From positions 5,295-69,294 of the forward strand of contig JAJDCA010000014.1 of assembly GCA_029261055.1 (NCBI GenBank): a stretch of DNA of 64,000 bases, in the 5' to 3' direction. The notes beneath the pieces were generated by a model. That model did no database searches. It saw only the letters and a list, made by a program, of their open reading frames with translations, and had not been told where the DNA came from. Position numbers and translations under genes: made by a program. This document shows, in pieces, positions 19,300-29,102 of this stretch (positions are counted from its first letter, which is position 1; every line of letters starts with the position of its first letter). This DNA comes from Candidatus Omnitrophota bacterium (GTDB lineage: Bacteria > Omnitrophota > Gorgyraeia > Zapsychrales > Zapsychraceae).

Positions 19300-19678
19300 C
19301 GCGTAAATCTGAGGGGAGAGGAATTTTTGTATTTGTGGATTTGTCCATCGTGACATGCACGGTTTTGGCGGTACCGACGAGTTCTTGTTTGGCATTGAGG
19401 AGTTTGTAAGAGAATGTAAATGAGGTGTGGCCGACTTTTGCCGTTTTTACTTGAATTTCAACGACATCCCCGACAAATAAAGGTTTTTTGTAGCCGGATT
19501 CGGCGTGCACAATCGGTAGGAAAAAATCTTTTTCTCTCAAGAGTTTTGCAAATCCAAACCCGATATTTTCCAGTAATGATTCATACGCATCATGAACAAT
19601 ATCAAATTGTGTGCTGAAAAATAACAGCCCCGCGGCATCGGTTTGGTGAAGTTTAATTTTTGTTTGGTAAATGTACAT
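19262..19678 (-). CDS. 4HBT-family thioesterase, probable DHNA-CoA hydrolase
   Basis: TDAAGLLFF...HDAYE..L, LPIVHAE..Y..PL..GD; adjacent to men genes. Confidence 0.8.
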   Translation of the reverse strand: MYIYQTKIKLHQTDAAGLLFFSTQFDIVHDAYESLLENIGFGFAKLLREKDFFLPIVHAESGYKKPLFVGDVVEIQVKTAKVGHTSFTFSYKLLNAKQELVGTAKTVHVTMDKSTNTKIPLPSDLRAKIVELFAQDNA

Positions 19679-19862
19679 AAGAATTAAAGTATCACTACGT
19701 CAAGGTTTTGTCAATGTGCGTTCGTTGGCATTTTGGAGGTAATTTTTCCCATTGACAAAAAAAGTAAAAGTTGTATTATTGGGGCCTGCCAACAACAGAT
19801 CATTAGATCTTTGAATGACAATAGATAAGCAACAATTTAAATTAAAAATTAGGAGGAAGTCA

Positions 19863-20447
19863 ATGGTATTAGTTAACAAGCAAGCCCCGGATTTTACGGC
19901 TAAGGCTGTAAAGAATGGTCAAGTCATCGACGAGTATAAGCTGTCAGATTCTAAAGGAAAATATGTGGTGTTGTTTTTTTATCCGCTTGATTTTACTTTT
20001 GTCTGTCCAACGGAATTGCATGCTTTCCAAGCTAAATTAGCTGAATTTGAAAAGCGTAATGTTGAAGTTATCGGCGTTTCTACCGATTCTTGGTTTTCTC
20101 ATTTAGCATGGTTACAAACACCAAAAAATAAGGGCGGGATTGAAGGGATTACTTATCCTCTCGTTTCTGATTTTAATAAAACAATTAGTAAAGATTACGG
20201 TATTTTATTTGAAGATTTAGGCGTGGCTTACCGCGGATTATTCCTGATTGATAAGGATGGAATTGTCCAGCATCAAGTGGTAAACAATCTAGCCTTAGGG
20301 CGCAGTGTGGATGAAGCTCTGCGTATGGTTGAAGCTTTGCAATTTACAGAAAAGCACGGCGAAGTTTGTCCTGCCAACTGGAAAGAAGGCGACAAAGCAA
20401 TGAAACCAGACGACGCTGGCCTAAAAGAATACTTTGCGGCAGCTTAA
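19863..20447 (+). CDS. ahpC: 2-Cys peroxiredoxin (AhpC/Prx1)
   Basis: [13 protein letters not shown] and GEVCPANW; SD AGGAGG before ATG 19863. Confidence 0.95.
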   Translation: MVLVNKQAPDFTAKAVKNGQVIDEYKLSDSKGKYVVLFFYPLDFTFVCPTELHAFQAKLAEFEKRNVEVIGVSTDSWFSHLAWLQTPKNKGGIEGITYPLVSDFNKTISKDYGILFEDLGVAYRGLFLIDKDGIVQHQVVNNLALGRSVDEALRMVEALQFTEKHGEVCPANWKEGDKAMKPDDAGLKEYFAAA

Positions 20448-20463
20448 GTATAAAAGTGTATAA

Positions 20464-20597
20464 AGAAGTAAGAGACAAGATGCAAGAAGTAGAGAGGTAA
20501 ATGAGTAAAAAATTCAGAGAAGCAAAAAAACAAAAAATGTATTTTTTACAGATTTAATTTTTTTTCTGCTTCTTGCCTCTTGTATCTCTGCTTCTTT
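20464..20597. repeat. inverted heptamer-periodic repeat (AAGAnGC-type)
   Basis: AAGAAGT AAGAGAC AAGATGC AAGAAGT ... GCTTCTT GCCTCTT GTATCTC TGCTTCT. Confidence 0.7.
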
Positions 20598-20614
20598 TAA
20601 GAAAGGATCATACA

Positions 20615-21256
20615 ATGGCTCATTCTTTACCTGATTTACCTTACGCGTTTGACGCGTTAGAACCGCATATTGATGCTAAGACGATGGAAATTCATCACGA
20701 CAAACATCATGCGGCTTATGTTGCTAAATTGAATGCCGCTCTTGAGGGAAAGGCTGATTTAGAAGCAAAAAGCATTGAAGAATTGATGGCAAGTTTATCT
20801 TCAGTTCCTGAGGATATTCGAGGTGCTGTGCGTAATAATGGCGGTGGGCATTACAATCATTCGTTGTTTTGGAATGTGATGGGTGCTAATGCCGGTGGCG
20901 TACCTGAAGGCGAATTAGCTGAGGCGATTAATAGTGACCTTGGCAGTTTTGATGCCTTTAAGGAAAAGTTTGCCAATGCAGCGGCTACGCAGTTTGGTAG
21001 TGGTTGGGCTTGGTTATGTGTGAGCAAGGATGGTAAACTCTGTGTTTGTTCTACACCTAATCAGGATAATCCAGCGATGGATACGGCAACTTGTAAAGGT
21101 ACGCCGATTCTTGGGCTTGACGTCTGGGAACATGCGTATTATCTGAATTATCAAAATCGACGTCCGGATTACATTGCCGCTTTTTGGAGTGTGGTTAATT
21201 GGGATGCGGTTTCCAAGAATTATCAATCTGCAAAGAACGAACACGTTCCTGCCTAA
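20615..21256 (+). CDS. sodA: Fe/Mn superoxide dismutase (Mn-type signature)
   Basis: [40 protein letters not shown]. Confidence 0.92.
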   Translation: MAHSLPDLPYAFDALEPHIDAKTMEIHHDKHHAAYVAKLNAALEGKADLEAKSIEELMASLSSVPEDIRGAVRNNGGGHYNHSLFWNVMGANAGGVPEGELAEAINSDLGSFDAFKEKFANAAATQFGSGWAWLCVSKDGKLCVCSTPNQDNPAMDTATCKGTPILGLDVWEHAYYLNYQNRRPDYIAAFWSVVNWDAVSKNYQSAKNEHVPA

Positions 21257-21258
21257 CA

Positions 21259-21295
21259 TTTTTCTCCCCGGAAAGTCATTTCCGGGGAGAAAAAA
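21259..21295 (+). terminator. intrinsic terminator-like hairpin
   Basis: TTTTTCTCCCCGGAAA gtca TTTCCGGGGAGAAAAA; the U-tract follows the stem on the minus strand. Confidence 0.7.
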
Positions 21296-21359
21296 TACAA
21301 ATAATTAAGGTTTTTGTGAAAAATAATTAAGAAAAATCTTGACTCTGAAGTATTTTTAA

Positions 21360-21405
21360 CTACTATATGTAGTGCTAATGAGCAAATCCTATCAACATGT
21401 TGTGT
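21360..21405 (+). promoter_or_regulatory. tandem NrdR boxes overlapping the nrdA promoter
   Basis: CTACTATATGTAGTGC (21360) and TATCAACATGTTGTGT (21390) resemble acaCwAtATaTwGtgt; TTGACT 21339 / TACTAT 21361. Confidence 0.75.
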
Positions 21406-21498
21406 TATTTACTTTCCTTAATTTTTTGATGTTTTTAGACCCATTTCAAATAAAATTTAATTCTCATCCCAACACTTTAACCCAGGAGGACCGCCCTT

Positions 21499-24400
21499 AT
21501 GCTGCATGACACCACTATCGCCCCAGAGATGAAAGTCACTAAACGTAATGGACAAGTTGTCGCTTTTAACACAATACGCGTTAAGCGAGCGATTGGTAAT
21601 GCTCTTAAAGAGCAGCAGGGGATGCCGCGTGAGGCAGAATTATCTATTGAAATGGTTAAGCAGGTTGAAAAGGTTTTGCATTGTGTGGAAGATGTTCTGA
21701 AAGAAAGGGCGACAGAGAACAATCATATTACGGTTGAAGAAATTCAGGATGAGGTCATTCGTCAACTATTTGAAAATGGGTTTAAAGAAACAGGCGAGCT
21801 TTATGCCAATTATCGAAAAAAACATGCGGCCAGGCGTTCTCTTTATGAATTGTATTCCACGATCAAGCGTGATGGTAAGGTCGTATCCTTTAAACCGGAA
21901 AAAGTAACTTTGGCGGTGGCCAAGGCTTTTCGGGCTAATAATAGTGAAATTTTGACGGAGACTCTATTAGAGAAGGCCCGTGAAGTGGCCAGTGATGTGG
22001 TGAAGGAAATTTGTTCGGTTTGGCCGGAAGGAAAAGCAATTAGTATTGAAGAAATTCAGGATTTGGTAGAAAAGAATTTGATGAAAGATGGTTATCACGA
22101 TGTGGCGAGAAGTTTTATTCTTTATCGAGAGCAAAGAGCCAAAGCCCGTCGGGCGAAACAAACACGAAAGACGGTTGAGCCGACTTACGATTGGGTTAAG
22201 AGCATTTTTTACAAGACCAAAGATGGTGAGGATAAGGCCTTGGATGTGGAAGACATTCGTTTTCAAATTGAAACGTGTTGTTTGGGATTAGAAAATGTTG
22301 CGTCGGAGGATATTTTAAAGGAATCCTTAAAAAATTATTTTAATGGGATTACGGAATCACAAATGACCGCGTCGAATATTATGGCGGCTAAAGCCTTTTT
22401 GGAAAAGGATCCTAATTATACCTTTGTGGCCAGCCGTTTATTGTTATTAAAGGAATATGAAGAGGCGATTGGGCATAGGGTCAGTTTTGAAGGCATTAAA
22501 ACGGAATATCCTACGTATTTTGCGAAATATATTCACAGGGCTGTTGAGCTTGAACTTTTGAGCCCGGATCTGCTTCAATTTGATTTAAGAAAGTTAGGTC
22601 AATACCTTAAGCCTAAACGAGATTTTCTTTTTAGATATATGGGCCTACAGACGCTGTATGATCGGTATTTTATTCACAGCGAAGGTCAGCGTCTTGAATT
22701 GCCACAGATTTTTTGGATGCGTGTGGCGATGGGACTTGCTAAAAAAGAAGGGGCTAAGAGGAATGAAAAGGCGATTGAGTTTTACAATGTTTTATCGACC
22801 TTCCGTTTTGTTTCTTCAACACCGACTTTGTTTAACTCCGGAACACGGCATTCACAATTATCATCCTGTTTTTTAACGACGATTAATGATGATTTGAATC
22901 ATATTTTTAAGTGTGTTCAGGATGATGCGATGCTCTCTAAATGGAGTGGAGGGCTTGGCAATGATTGGACCAATGTTCGCGCGATGGGTTCGCGTATTAA
23001 GGGTACCAACGGAAAGAGTCAGGGCGTGATTCCTTTTTTAAAGGTGGCCAATGACACCGCCTTAGCCGTAAATCAAGGTGGTAAACGGCAAGGGGCGATG
23101 TGTGCCTATTTGGAAGTTTGGCATATGGATATTGAGGAATTTCTGGAATTACGTAAGAACACCGGGGATGATCGACGACGTACGCATGATATGCACACCG
23201 CCAGTTGGATTCCTGATTTGTTTATGAAGAGGGTCAAAGAAAATAAAGAGTGGACATTATTTAGTCCAAATGAAGTGCCTGATTTGCATCACATTTATGG
23301 GACGGTCTTTGAAAAATCTTATGAACGGTATGAATCGATGGCTAAGGACGGACAAATTAAGCAGTTTAAAACGATGCCTGCCGTGCAGCTTTGGCGTAAG
23401 ATGTTGAGTATGCTTTTTGAAACAGGGCATCCGTGGATTACGTGGAAAGACCCTTCAAATATTCGTTCAGCCCAGGATCACGTCGGAGCTGTACATAGTT
23501 CGAATTTGTGCACGGAGATTATTCTCAACACATCCGAGGATGAAACGGCTGTGTGTAATTTGGGGTCTGTTAATTTAGCAGCCCACACCACGCCCAAAGG
23601 TGTTGATCATAAAAAGTTAAAGACGACCATTTTGACGGCTATCCGGATATTGGATAATGTGATTGAAAATAATTATTATCCCACGGTGGAAGCTAAAAAT
23701 GCTAATCAGAAACACCGTCCTGTTGGTCTGGGGCTTATGGGATTTCAGGATGCTTTATTTATTCAAAATTTGAGTTATGCCTCGCAGGAAGCCGTGAATT
23801 TTGCGGATGAAAGTATGGAGGCTATTTCGTATTATGCTATTTTAGGTTCGATTCATTTAGCCAAAGAGCGTAAGACGTATTCATCCTATCGTGGTTCCAA
23901 ATGGGACAGAGGTTTGTTGCCGATTGATACTCTGGCGCTTTTGAAAAAAGAGCGGGGGAGTTATTTAGACGTGGACACAACATCAAAGATGGACTGGGAT
24001 GTGTTGCGTACAGAATTAAAGAAATACGGTATGCGTAATAGTCAGGTGATGTCGATTGCCCCGACGGCGACAATTGGAAACATTATCGGTGTGACCGCTT
24101 CAATTGAACCGATTTATAAAAATATGTTTGTGAAAAGTAATTTGTCCGGAGAATTTACCGTGCTTAATGAATTCCTGGTGGCGGATTTAAAGAAATTAGG
24201 TTTTTGGGATCAGGATATGATTAATGATATCAAGTATTTTGACGGCAGTATTCAGGAAATTCCACGCATTCCCGAGGAGCTTAAACGTAAATATGCAACG
24301 GCTTTTGAAATTGAATATGAGTGGCTGATTGAAGCCGGCAGTCGTCGTCAGAAATGGATTGATATGGGCCAATCGCTTAATTTGTATCAAGCCAACCCTA

Positions 24401-24669
24401 ATGGCAAGAAGGTTAATGATATGTATATGTTGGCTTGGGAAAAAGGATTGAAGACAACATATTATTTGCGCTCAATGGGGGCAACACGGATTGAGAAAAG
24501 TACGTTGGATATTACAAAATACGAAAATGTTGTCGGAAAGCGGGAGCGCGATAAATTTGGCCGCGTTGTTGATAATGCAGAAGCGGCAACGACTACCAGC
24601 ACGACTACGAATACAAAAACCAGCACCTTGAGTGTTGAACCGGCAGAAGATTGTGAAGCGTGTCAATAA
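21499..24669 (+). CDS. nrdA: ribonucleotide reductase class I alpha subunit with multiple N-terminal ATP cones
   Basis: VTKRNG and IKRDG cones, TPTLFNSG, SSCFL, SNLCTEI, VCNLGS, KTTYYLR, C-terminal CEAC. Confidence 0.96.
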   Translation: MLHDTTIAPEMKVTKRNGQVVAFNTIRVKRAIGNALKEQQGMPREAELSIEMVKQVEKVLHCVEDVLKERATENNHITVEEIQDEVIRQLFENGFKETGELYANYRKKHAARRSLYELYSTIKRDGKVVSFKPEKVTLAVAKAFRANNSEILTETLLEKAREVASDVVKEICSVWPEGKAISIEEIQDLVEKNLMKDGYHDVARSFILYREQRAKARRAKQTRKTVEPTYDWVKSIFYKTKDGEDKALDVEDIRFQIETCCLGLENVASEDILKESLKNYFNGITESQMTASNIMAAKAFLEKDPNYTFVASRLLLLKEYEEAIGHRVSFEGIKTEYPTYFAKYIHRAVELELLSPDLLQFDLRKLGQYLKPKRDFLFRYMGLQTLYDRYFIHSEGQRLELPQIFWMRVAMGLAKKEGAKRNEKAIEFYNVLSTFRFVSSTPTLFNSGTRHSQLSSCFLTTINDDLNHIFKCVQDDAMLSKWSGGLGNDWTNVRAMGSRIKGTNGKSQGVIPFLKVANDTALAVNQGGKRQGAMCAYLEVWHMDIEEFLELRKNTGDDRRRTHDMHTASWIPDLFMKRVKENKEWTLFSPNEVPDLHHIYGTVFEKSYERYESMAKDGQIKQFKTMPAVQLWRKMLSMLFETGHPWITWKDPSNIRSAQDHVGAVHSSNLCTEIILNTSEDETAVCNLGSVNLAAHTTPKGVDHKKLKTTILTAIRILDNVIENNYYPTVEAKNANQKHRPVGLGLMGFQDALFIQNLSYASQEAVNFADESMEAISYYAILGSIHLAKERKTYSSYRGSKWDRGLLPIDTLALLKKERGSYLDVDTTSKMDWDVLRTELKKYGMRNSQVMSIAPTATIGNIIGVTASIEPIYKNMFVKSNLSGEFTVLNEFLVADLKKLGFWDQDMINDIKYFDGSIQEIPRIPEELKRKYATAFEIEYEWLIEAGSRRQKWIDMGQSLNLYQANPNGKKVNDMYMLAWEKGLKTTYYLRSMGATRIEKSTLDITKYENVVGKRERDKFGRVVDNAEAATTTSTTTNTKTSTLSVEPAEDCEACQ

Positions 24670-24670
24670 T

Positions 24671-24725
24671 TTAAGTGGTAAGAAATTTACTGCTTATCAC
24701 TTAGCACTTACCTTTTACTACTTAA
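24671..24725. repeat. heptamer-periodic inverted repeat between nrdA and nrdB
   Basis: TTAAGTGGTAA ... CTTATCA CTTAGCA CTTACCT TTTACTA CTTAA. Confidence 0.65.
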
Positions 24726-24741
24726 ATATGAAAGGAAAAAT

Positions 24742-25791
24742 ATGTCCCACTCATCCCTACTAGGAATGTCCAAAGAAAGAATGACGGCTGATAATAAAAG
24801 GGTTATTAATAATGACCGTACTGTCGATGTCAATCAACTCGTGCCCATTAAATATCAATTTGCGTGGCATTTTTATTTAGACGGATGTGCAAATCACTGG
24901 ATGCCAACCGAAGTTTCGATGCAGCGGGATATTGAACAGTGGAAAGATCCCAAGGGTTTTACGGATGAAGAGCGGCATGTGGTTAAGCGGGTTTTAGGTT
25001 TTTTTGCGACGGCGGAATCGCTCGTAGGAAATAATTTGGTTTTAGCCGTTTACCGTTGTGTGGATAATCCAGAATGTCGTCAGTATTTGTTAAGGCAAGC
25101 TTTTGAAGAAGCGATTCACATTCACGCCTTTCAATATATCGTACAGTCGCTTTCGTTGGATGAGGGGGAGATATTTAATATGTACCGCGAGGTTGAGGCT
25201 ATTTACAAAAAAGATCAGCACGCGATGAGTTGTACGGACAGTGTTTTGGACCCTTGCCTGGATACCACGACTAAAGAAGGTCTGCAGACATTAGTTAAAA
25301 ATTTGATTGGTTTGTATGTCGTTACAGAAGGCATATTTTTCTACGGTGGTTTTGTGACGATGTTGTCTTTTGGTCGTCAAAATCGTTTACCGGGGACGTG
25401 TGAGCAAATTCAATATATTTTACGTGATGAGAGTATTCACATGAATTTTGGTATTGAATTGATCAATGCTATTATCGATGAAAATCCGGAAGTATGGGAT
25501 GAGTCTTTTCAAGAAGAGATGATTATTTTTATCAAAAGTGCCGTGACACTGGAAGGCGAATACATCAGTGATTGTCTCCCTAATGGTATTCTCGGTCTGA
25601 ATACCGACGTGCTTGACGAATATATCAAATATCTTGCCGATCGTCGTTTCGAAAAGCTTAAACTTCCTCAACAATACGGTGCCAGCAATCCTTTTCCGTG
25701 GATGAGCGAAGTCATTGATCTTAAGAAAGAAAAGAATTTTTTCGAAACACGCGTCACCGAATATCAAACTGGCGGAGCGTTGGAGTGGTAA
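24742..25791 (+). CDS. nrdB: ribonucleotide reductase beta subunit, class Ic (Mn/Fe) signature
   Basis: FATAESLVGNN (Glu ligand), EEAIHIHAF (Phe at radical-Tyr position), RDESIH, KNFFETRVTEYQ. Confidence 0.93.
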   Translation: MSHSSLLGMSKERMTADNKRVINNDRTVDVNQLVPIKYQFAWHFYLDGCANHWMPTEVSMQRDIEQWKDPKGFTDEERHVVKRVLGFFATAESLVGNNLVLAVYRCVDNPECRQYLLRQAFEEAIHIHAFQYIVQSLSLDEGEIFNMYREVEAIYKKDQHAMSCTDSVLDPCLDTTTKEGLQTLVKNLIGLYVVTEGIFFYGGFVTMLSFGRQNRLPGTCEQIQYILRDESIHMNFGIELINAIIDENPEVWDESFQEEMIIFIKSAVTLEGEYISDCLPNGILGLNTDVLDEYIKYLADRRFEKLKLPQQYGASNPFPWMSEVIDLKKEKNFFETRVTEYQTGGALEW

Positions 25792-25829
25792 GAAAGACTG
25801 TTCAGATACATATTTAACATGTTTGACCC

Positions 25830-25856
25830 AAAAGGCTCCCCAACCGGGAGCCTTTT
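25830..25856 (+). terminator. intrinsic terminator after nrdB
   Basis: AAAAGGCTCCC caacc GGGAGCCTTTT. Confidence 0.85.
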
Positions 25857-25946
25857 CAATTCCGAACGGCCGTTCGGAATTGGCAGTTTGGATTAAGGGT
25901 TGAATTCCGACCGCAAGTTCCGAATTCCGACCGTGCGGTCGGAATT
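25857..25946. repeat. cluster of AATTCCGA palindromic repeats
   Basis: CAATTCCGAACGG|CCGTTCGGAATTG; partial AATTCCGACCGC; AATTCCGACCG-TG-CGGTCGGAATT. Confidence 0.85.
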
Positions 25947-25974
25947 GGAAACGTGGGATATTTAAGGTCAGGCT

Positions 25975-26166
25975 ATGTCTTTATTAAATACGGTTACAGT
26001 GCAATGCCCTTATTGTTGGCAGTCGATTGAGATTGTGGTGGATGGCTCGGTGACACATCAGGAATATGTGGAGGATTGCCAGGTGTGTTGTCGGCCAATT
26101 GTGGTTAAAGTGGCGGTAGATGAATGCACAGAGCCGACCGTTGAGGTTTATCGAGATGATGAATAG
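25975..26166 (+). CDS. CPXCG-type cysteine-rich small protein
   Basis: QCPYCWQ...YVEDCQVCCRPI. Confidence 0.85.
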   Translation: MSLLNTVTVQCPYCWQSIEIVVDGSVTHQEYVEDCQVCCRPIVVKVAVDECTEPTVEVYRDDE

Positions 26167-26182
26167 AGGAGGCGAATAGTTA

Positions 26183-26797
26183 ATGGAACCTTTAAGCGCT
26201 TTAGGATCAATGGGGCTTTTGATGGGGAGTGGGTGGGCGGCCGGTATCAATTTATATTTAACAGCCGCAGGCCTTGGCATTGCGCATCGTTTGGGTTGGG
26301 TTTTACTTCCAGGCCAGATGGACGTATTAGCCCATCCTGTTGTCATCACGGTAGCCATTGTGCTCTATTTGATTGAATTTTTTGCCGATAAATTTCCCTA
26401 CGTGGATTCCGCCTGGGACACGGTGCACACCTTTATCCGCCCGATTGGAGGTCTTGCTTTGGGGTATATGGCGATGAGCGGTACTAACCCGGCATATCAA
26501 TATGCCACAGCGCTTTTTGTTGGCACGCTTGCACTGGATTCGCATTTGACCAAAGCAACAGCGCGTGCCGCTATTAATACCTCACCTGAACCCGTCACAA
26601 ATACCGTTGCCAGCGTTTCTGAAGATATCAGTGTCTTGGGGGCATTGTACCTAATTATTAAACATCCTGTCGTTATATCTATCTTAGTCATCATCTTTGT
26701 GGTGTTTTCTATTTGGTTTTTAAAGAAAATGTTTTATTTAGTGAAGAAAATTTTTAAATCTAAAAAGGGTAAGCAAGTTGTGAAAGTTGACACTTAG
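26183..26797 (+). CDS. DUF4126-like membrane protein
   Basis: WAAGINLY, EFFADKFPYVDSAWD.VHTFIRP, NTSPEP. Confidence 0.85.
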   Translation: MEPLSALGSMGLLMGSGWAAGINLYLTAAGLGIAHRLGWVLLPGQMDVLAHPVVITVAIVLYLIEFFADKFPYVDSAWDTVHTFIRPIGGLALGYMAMSGTNPAYQYATALFVGTLALDSHLTKATARAAINTSPEPVTNTVASVSEDISVLGALYLIIKHPVVISILVIIFVVFSIWFLKKMFYLVKKIFKSKKGKQVVKVDT

Positions 26798-26995
26798 GCG
26801 CCCAGCAATTAGGAGCATTATTTTTGCTTGGTCTCTTGAATGAAGTTTGATATACTTGCCTCATTAATTTTTATCACCATAAATTTCATCCCCTCATAAT
26901 AATTTCCCCAGAAAGGAGTAAAGATAAACACGTATCGTGTATGTAGAAAATTGTCAGGAAAATTAAATAACGATATATTCAAGGGGGGATCCAAA

Positions 26996-27820
26996 ATGAC
27001 TCAAGAAATAACAAAAATAGCGCTATTTAAAGGGAAGAAAATTCGTCGAACTTTTCGAGATGGGCAGTGGTGGTTTGCTGTTGCTGATGTTGTAGAAATT
27101 TTAACAGACGCCGCGAATATTACGGATTATATTAAGAAGATAAGAAAGAGGGATGAAGAATTATCCAAAGGGTGGGGACAAATTGTCACCCCCCTTCCAA
27201 TTAAAACGTCAGGCGGTAAACAAAAAGTGAATTGTGCTAACACAGAAGGAATATTCCGCATTATTCAATCTATTCCATCCAAGAAAGCTGAGCCCTTTAA
27301 ACGTCGGCTAGCCAGAGTAGGGAAAGAACGCATTGATGAAATTGAAAACCCTGAGTTGGCAATGCAAAGGGCAAAGGCGCTTTATGAAAAGAAAGGATAT
27401 CCCAAAGATTGGATTGAAAAGCGGATGCGAGGCATTGCTGTCCGGCAGAAGCTTACGGATGAATGGGATGTTCGTGGTGTTGAGACAGAGCTTGAATATG
27501 CCATATTGACGAATGAGATTATGCAAGGGGCATTTGATTTTGATGTAGAAGATTACAAAAAATATAAAGGTCTTAAGCGGGAAAATTTGCGTGATCATAT
27601 GACGGATTTGGAACTTATCCTTACAATGCTTGGAGAGGCAACAACTACAACGATCACCCAAGATAGGGATTCACAAAGGTTTCCTGAGTTACAAAAGGAT
27701 GCCAAAGACGGTGGCGCCGTTGCTGGGAGGACGCGTAAGGACATCGAGTATCAAACGAAAAAGAAAATTGTATCAAGAAAGAATGTTCTTTTTAAACAGA
27801 AAACAGAAAAGATTCACTAA
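26996..27820 (+). CDS. Bro-N domain (antirepressor-like) protein
   Basis: KIRR...WWFAVADVV, RIIQSIPSKKAEPFK, NLRDHMTDLELI; ATG 26996 after GGGGG. Confidence 0.85.
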   Translation: MTQEITKIALFKGKKIRRTFRDGQWWFAVADVVEILTDAANITDYIKKIRKRDEELSKGWGQIVTPLPIKTSGGKQKVNCANTEGIFRIIQSIPSKKAEPFKRRLARVGKERIDEIENPELAMQRAKALYEKKGYPKDWIEKRMRGIAVRQKLTDEWDVRGVETELEYAILTNEIMQGAFDFDVEDYKKYKGLKRENLRDHMTDLELILTMLGEATTTTITQDRDSQRFPELQKDAKDGGAVAGRTRKDIEYQTKKKIVSRKNVLFKQKTEKIH

Positions 27821-27836
27821 ACGAAAGGATAAAACA

Positions 27837-28265
27837 ATGAGTTTAAACAGTGTTAATGTTATGGGAAATTTGACGCGGGATCCAGAGTTGAAGTATACGA
27901 CATCGGGTAAAAGTATTTGTAATATTTCGATTGCGAATAATCGTGTCTATTCAAAAGGTGGAGAGAAAGTTACGGAAACATCGTATTTTGATGTTGAAGT
28001 GTGGGGCGTGGTTGGTGAAAATTGCGCTAAATATTTAGCTAAAGGGAGTGGTGTTATTGTTGAAGGGCGTCTTAAACAAGATCGTTGGGAAAAAGATGGG
28101 AAGACTCAAAGTCGTGTAAGAATATCTGCCAATAATATTCATTTTTTACCTAAAAGAGATGGTGGAGCCGGACAATCGTCAGGCGCGCAACAACCAGCTG
28201 CAGCTGCTTATGCGGCAACCACCGCCGAAAAAAAACCACAAGACTCTGTTGCCTGGGATGAATAA
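27837..28265 (+). CDS. ssb: single-stranded DNA-binding protein
   Basis: NSVNVMGNLTRDPELKYT, YLAKGSGVIVEGRL; SD AAGGA before ATG 27837. Confidence 0.92.
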   Translation: MSLNSVNVMGNLTRDPELKYTTSGKSICNISIANNRVYSKGGEKVTETSYFDVEVWGVVGENCAKYLAKGSGVIVEGRLKQDRWEKDGKTQSRVRISANNIHFLPKRDGGAGQSSGAQQPAAAAYAATTAEKKPQDSVAWDE

Positions 28266-28350
28266 ATTTATCAAAAATATGATTAGCCCCTATCTCAAAA
28301 CTTCAATTGTGTCGCGGGTCCTGTCGCATCCAAATAGAGGTTTTGGGATA

Positions 28351-29052
28351 GTGGTTAAGAAATTAACCTATCTATTCAGCTTAGTTTTTGTTCTTGCTGG
28401 AAGTCATCTGTCTTTGGCTGCCACAGGTAGTCATTTTGTCTATAACGAGCTTTCAACAAAAACCGGAAAGAGGCTTAAGACATATCATAAAACCCTTACA
28501 GAAGATTCTTCAGGTCAGATAAAAATACAACGTAGTCTGAAGGGTAAGAATTATACGCAGGATGAGACATATGTCTTAGATTCAGAGTATGCCACCCTTA
28601 GTTGGTCTGTTAAACGGGCAGACAAAGGGACGGATTATTCCGGAGGTAGAGAAGGAAATGTTCTTTACATCAAGGGTAAGTTGGCAGGCAAGTCTATTGA
28701 TAAAGAAATCACACTTGATGATCGCCCTTTGTATAACCATCCGAAAGTGAACCTCACAAAATTTGTCCTTTCCGATCAGGATAATATTGAATTCTGGGGG
28801 TTGCGCAAAGCAACTCTTATGAAATATGTTATGCAGGCGAAGAAGATGGGGGAAGAAATAATTACGGTTGATGGCCAAGCTATTGATACGATTAAAGTTT
28901 ATTTCAGTCCAACAGGACCTCTTAAAAAATATTACCGCCGCACTTATTATTTCCGCAAATCAGACGGTCTTTTTATAAAAAAGAAACCCTCCAAAGGCAA
29001 AACGACTGTGTTAGACATCAGTCATCAAGCATCAGACGCCAGTAAAAAATAA
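28351..29052 (+). CDS. hypothetical secreted protein
   Basis: Signal-peptide-like KKLTYLFSLVFVLAGSHLSLA; start uncertain (GTG 28351). Confidence 0.65.
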   Translation: MVKKLTYLFSLVFVLAGSHLSLAATGSHFVYNELSTKTGKRLKTYHKTLTEDSSGQIKIQRSLKGKNYTQDETYVLDSEYATLSWSVKRADKGTDYSGGREGNVLYIKGKLAGKSIDKEITLDDRPLYNHPKVNLTKFVLSDQDNIEFWGLRKATLMKYVMQAKKMGEEIITVDGQAIDTIKVYFSPTGPLKKYYRRTYYFRKSDGLFIKKKPSKGKTTVLDISHQASDASKK

Positions 29053-29084
29053 ACTACTGATGACTACTGAAGGCTAACGTCTAA
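29011..29084. repeat. heptamer-periodic inverted repeat at convergent gene junction
   Basis: TTAGACATC AGTCATC AAGCATC AGACGCC AGT ... ACTGATG ACTACTG AAGGCTAACGTCTAA. Confidence 0.7.
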
Positions 29085-29102
29085 GAATTTTTGAACCTTA
29101 AA

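Noticed and set aside
27630-27836. N-terminal extension of ssb
   Set aside because: Overlaps the Bro-N gene in another frame; SD and OB-fold start at 27837
26996-28265. Prophage (Bro-N + ssb)
   Set aside because: No integrase, structural, replication or lysis genes nearby
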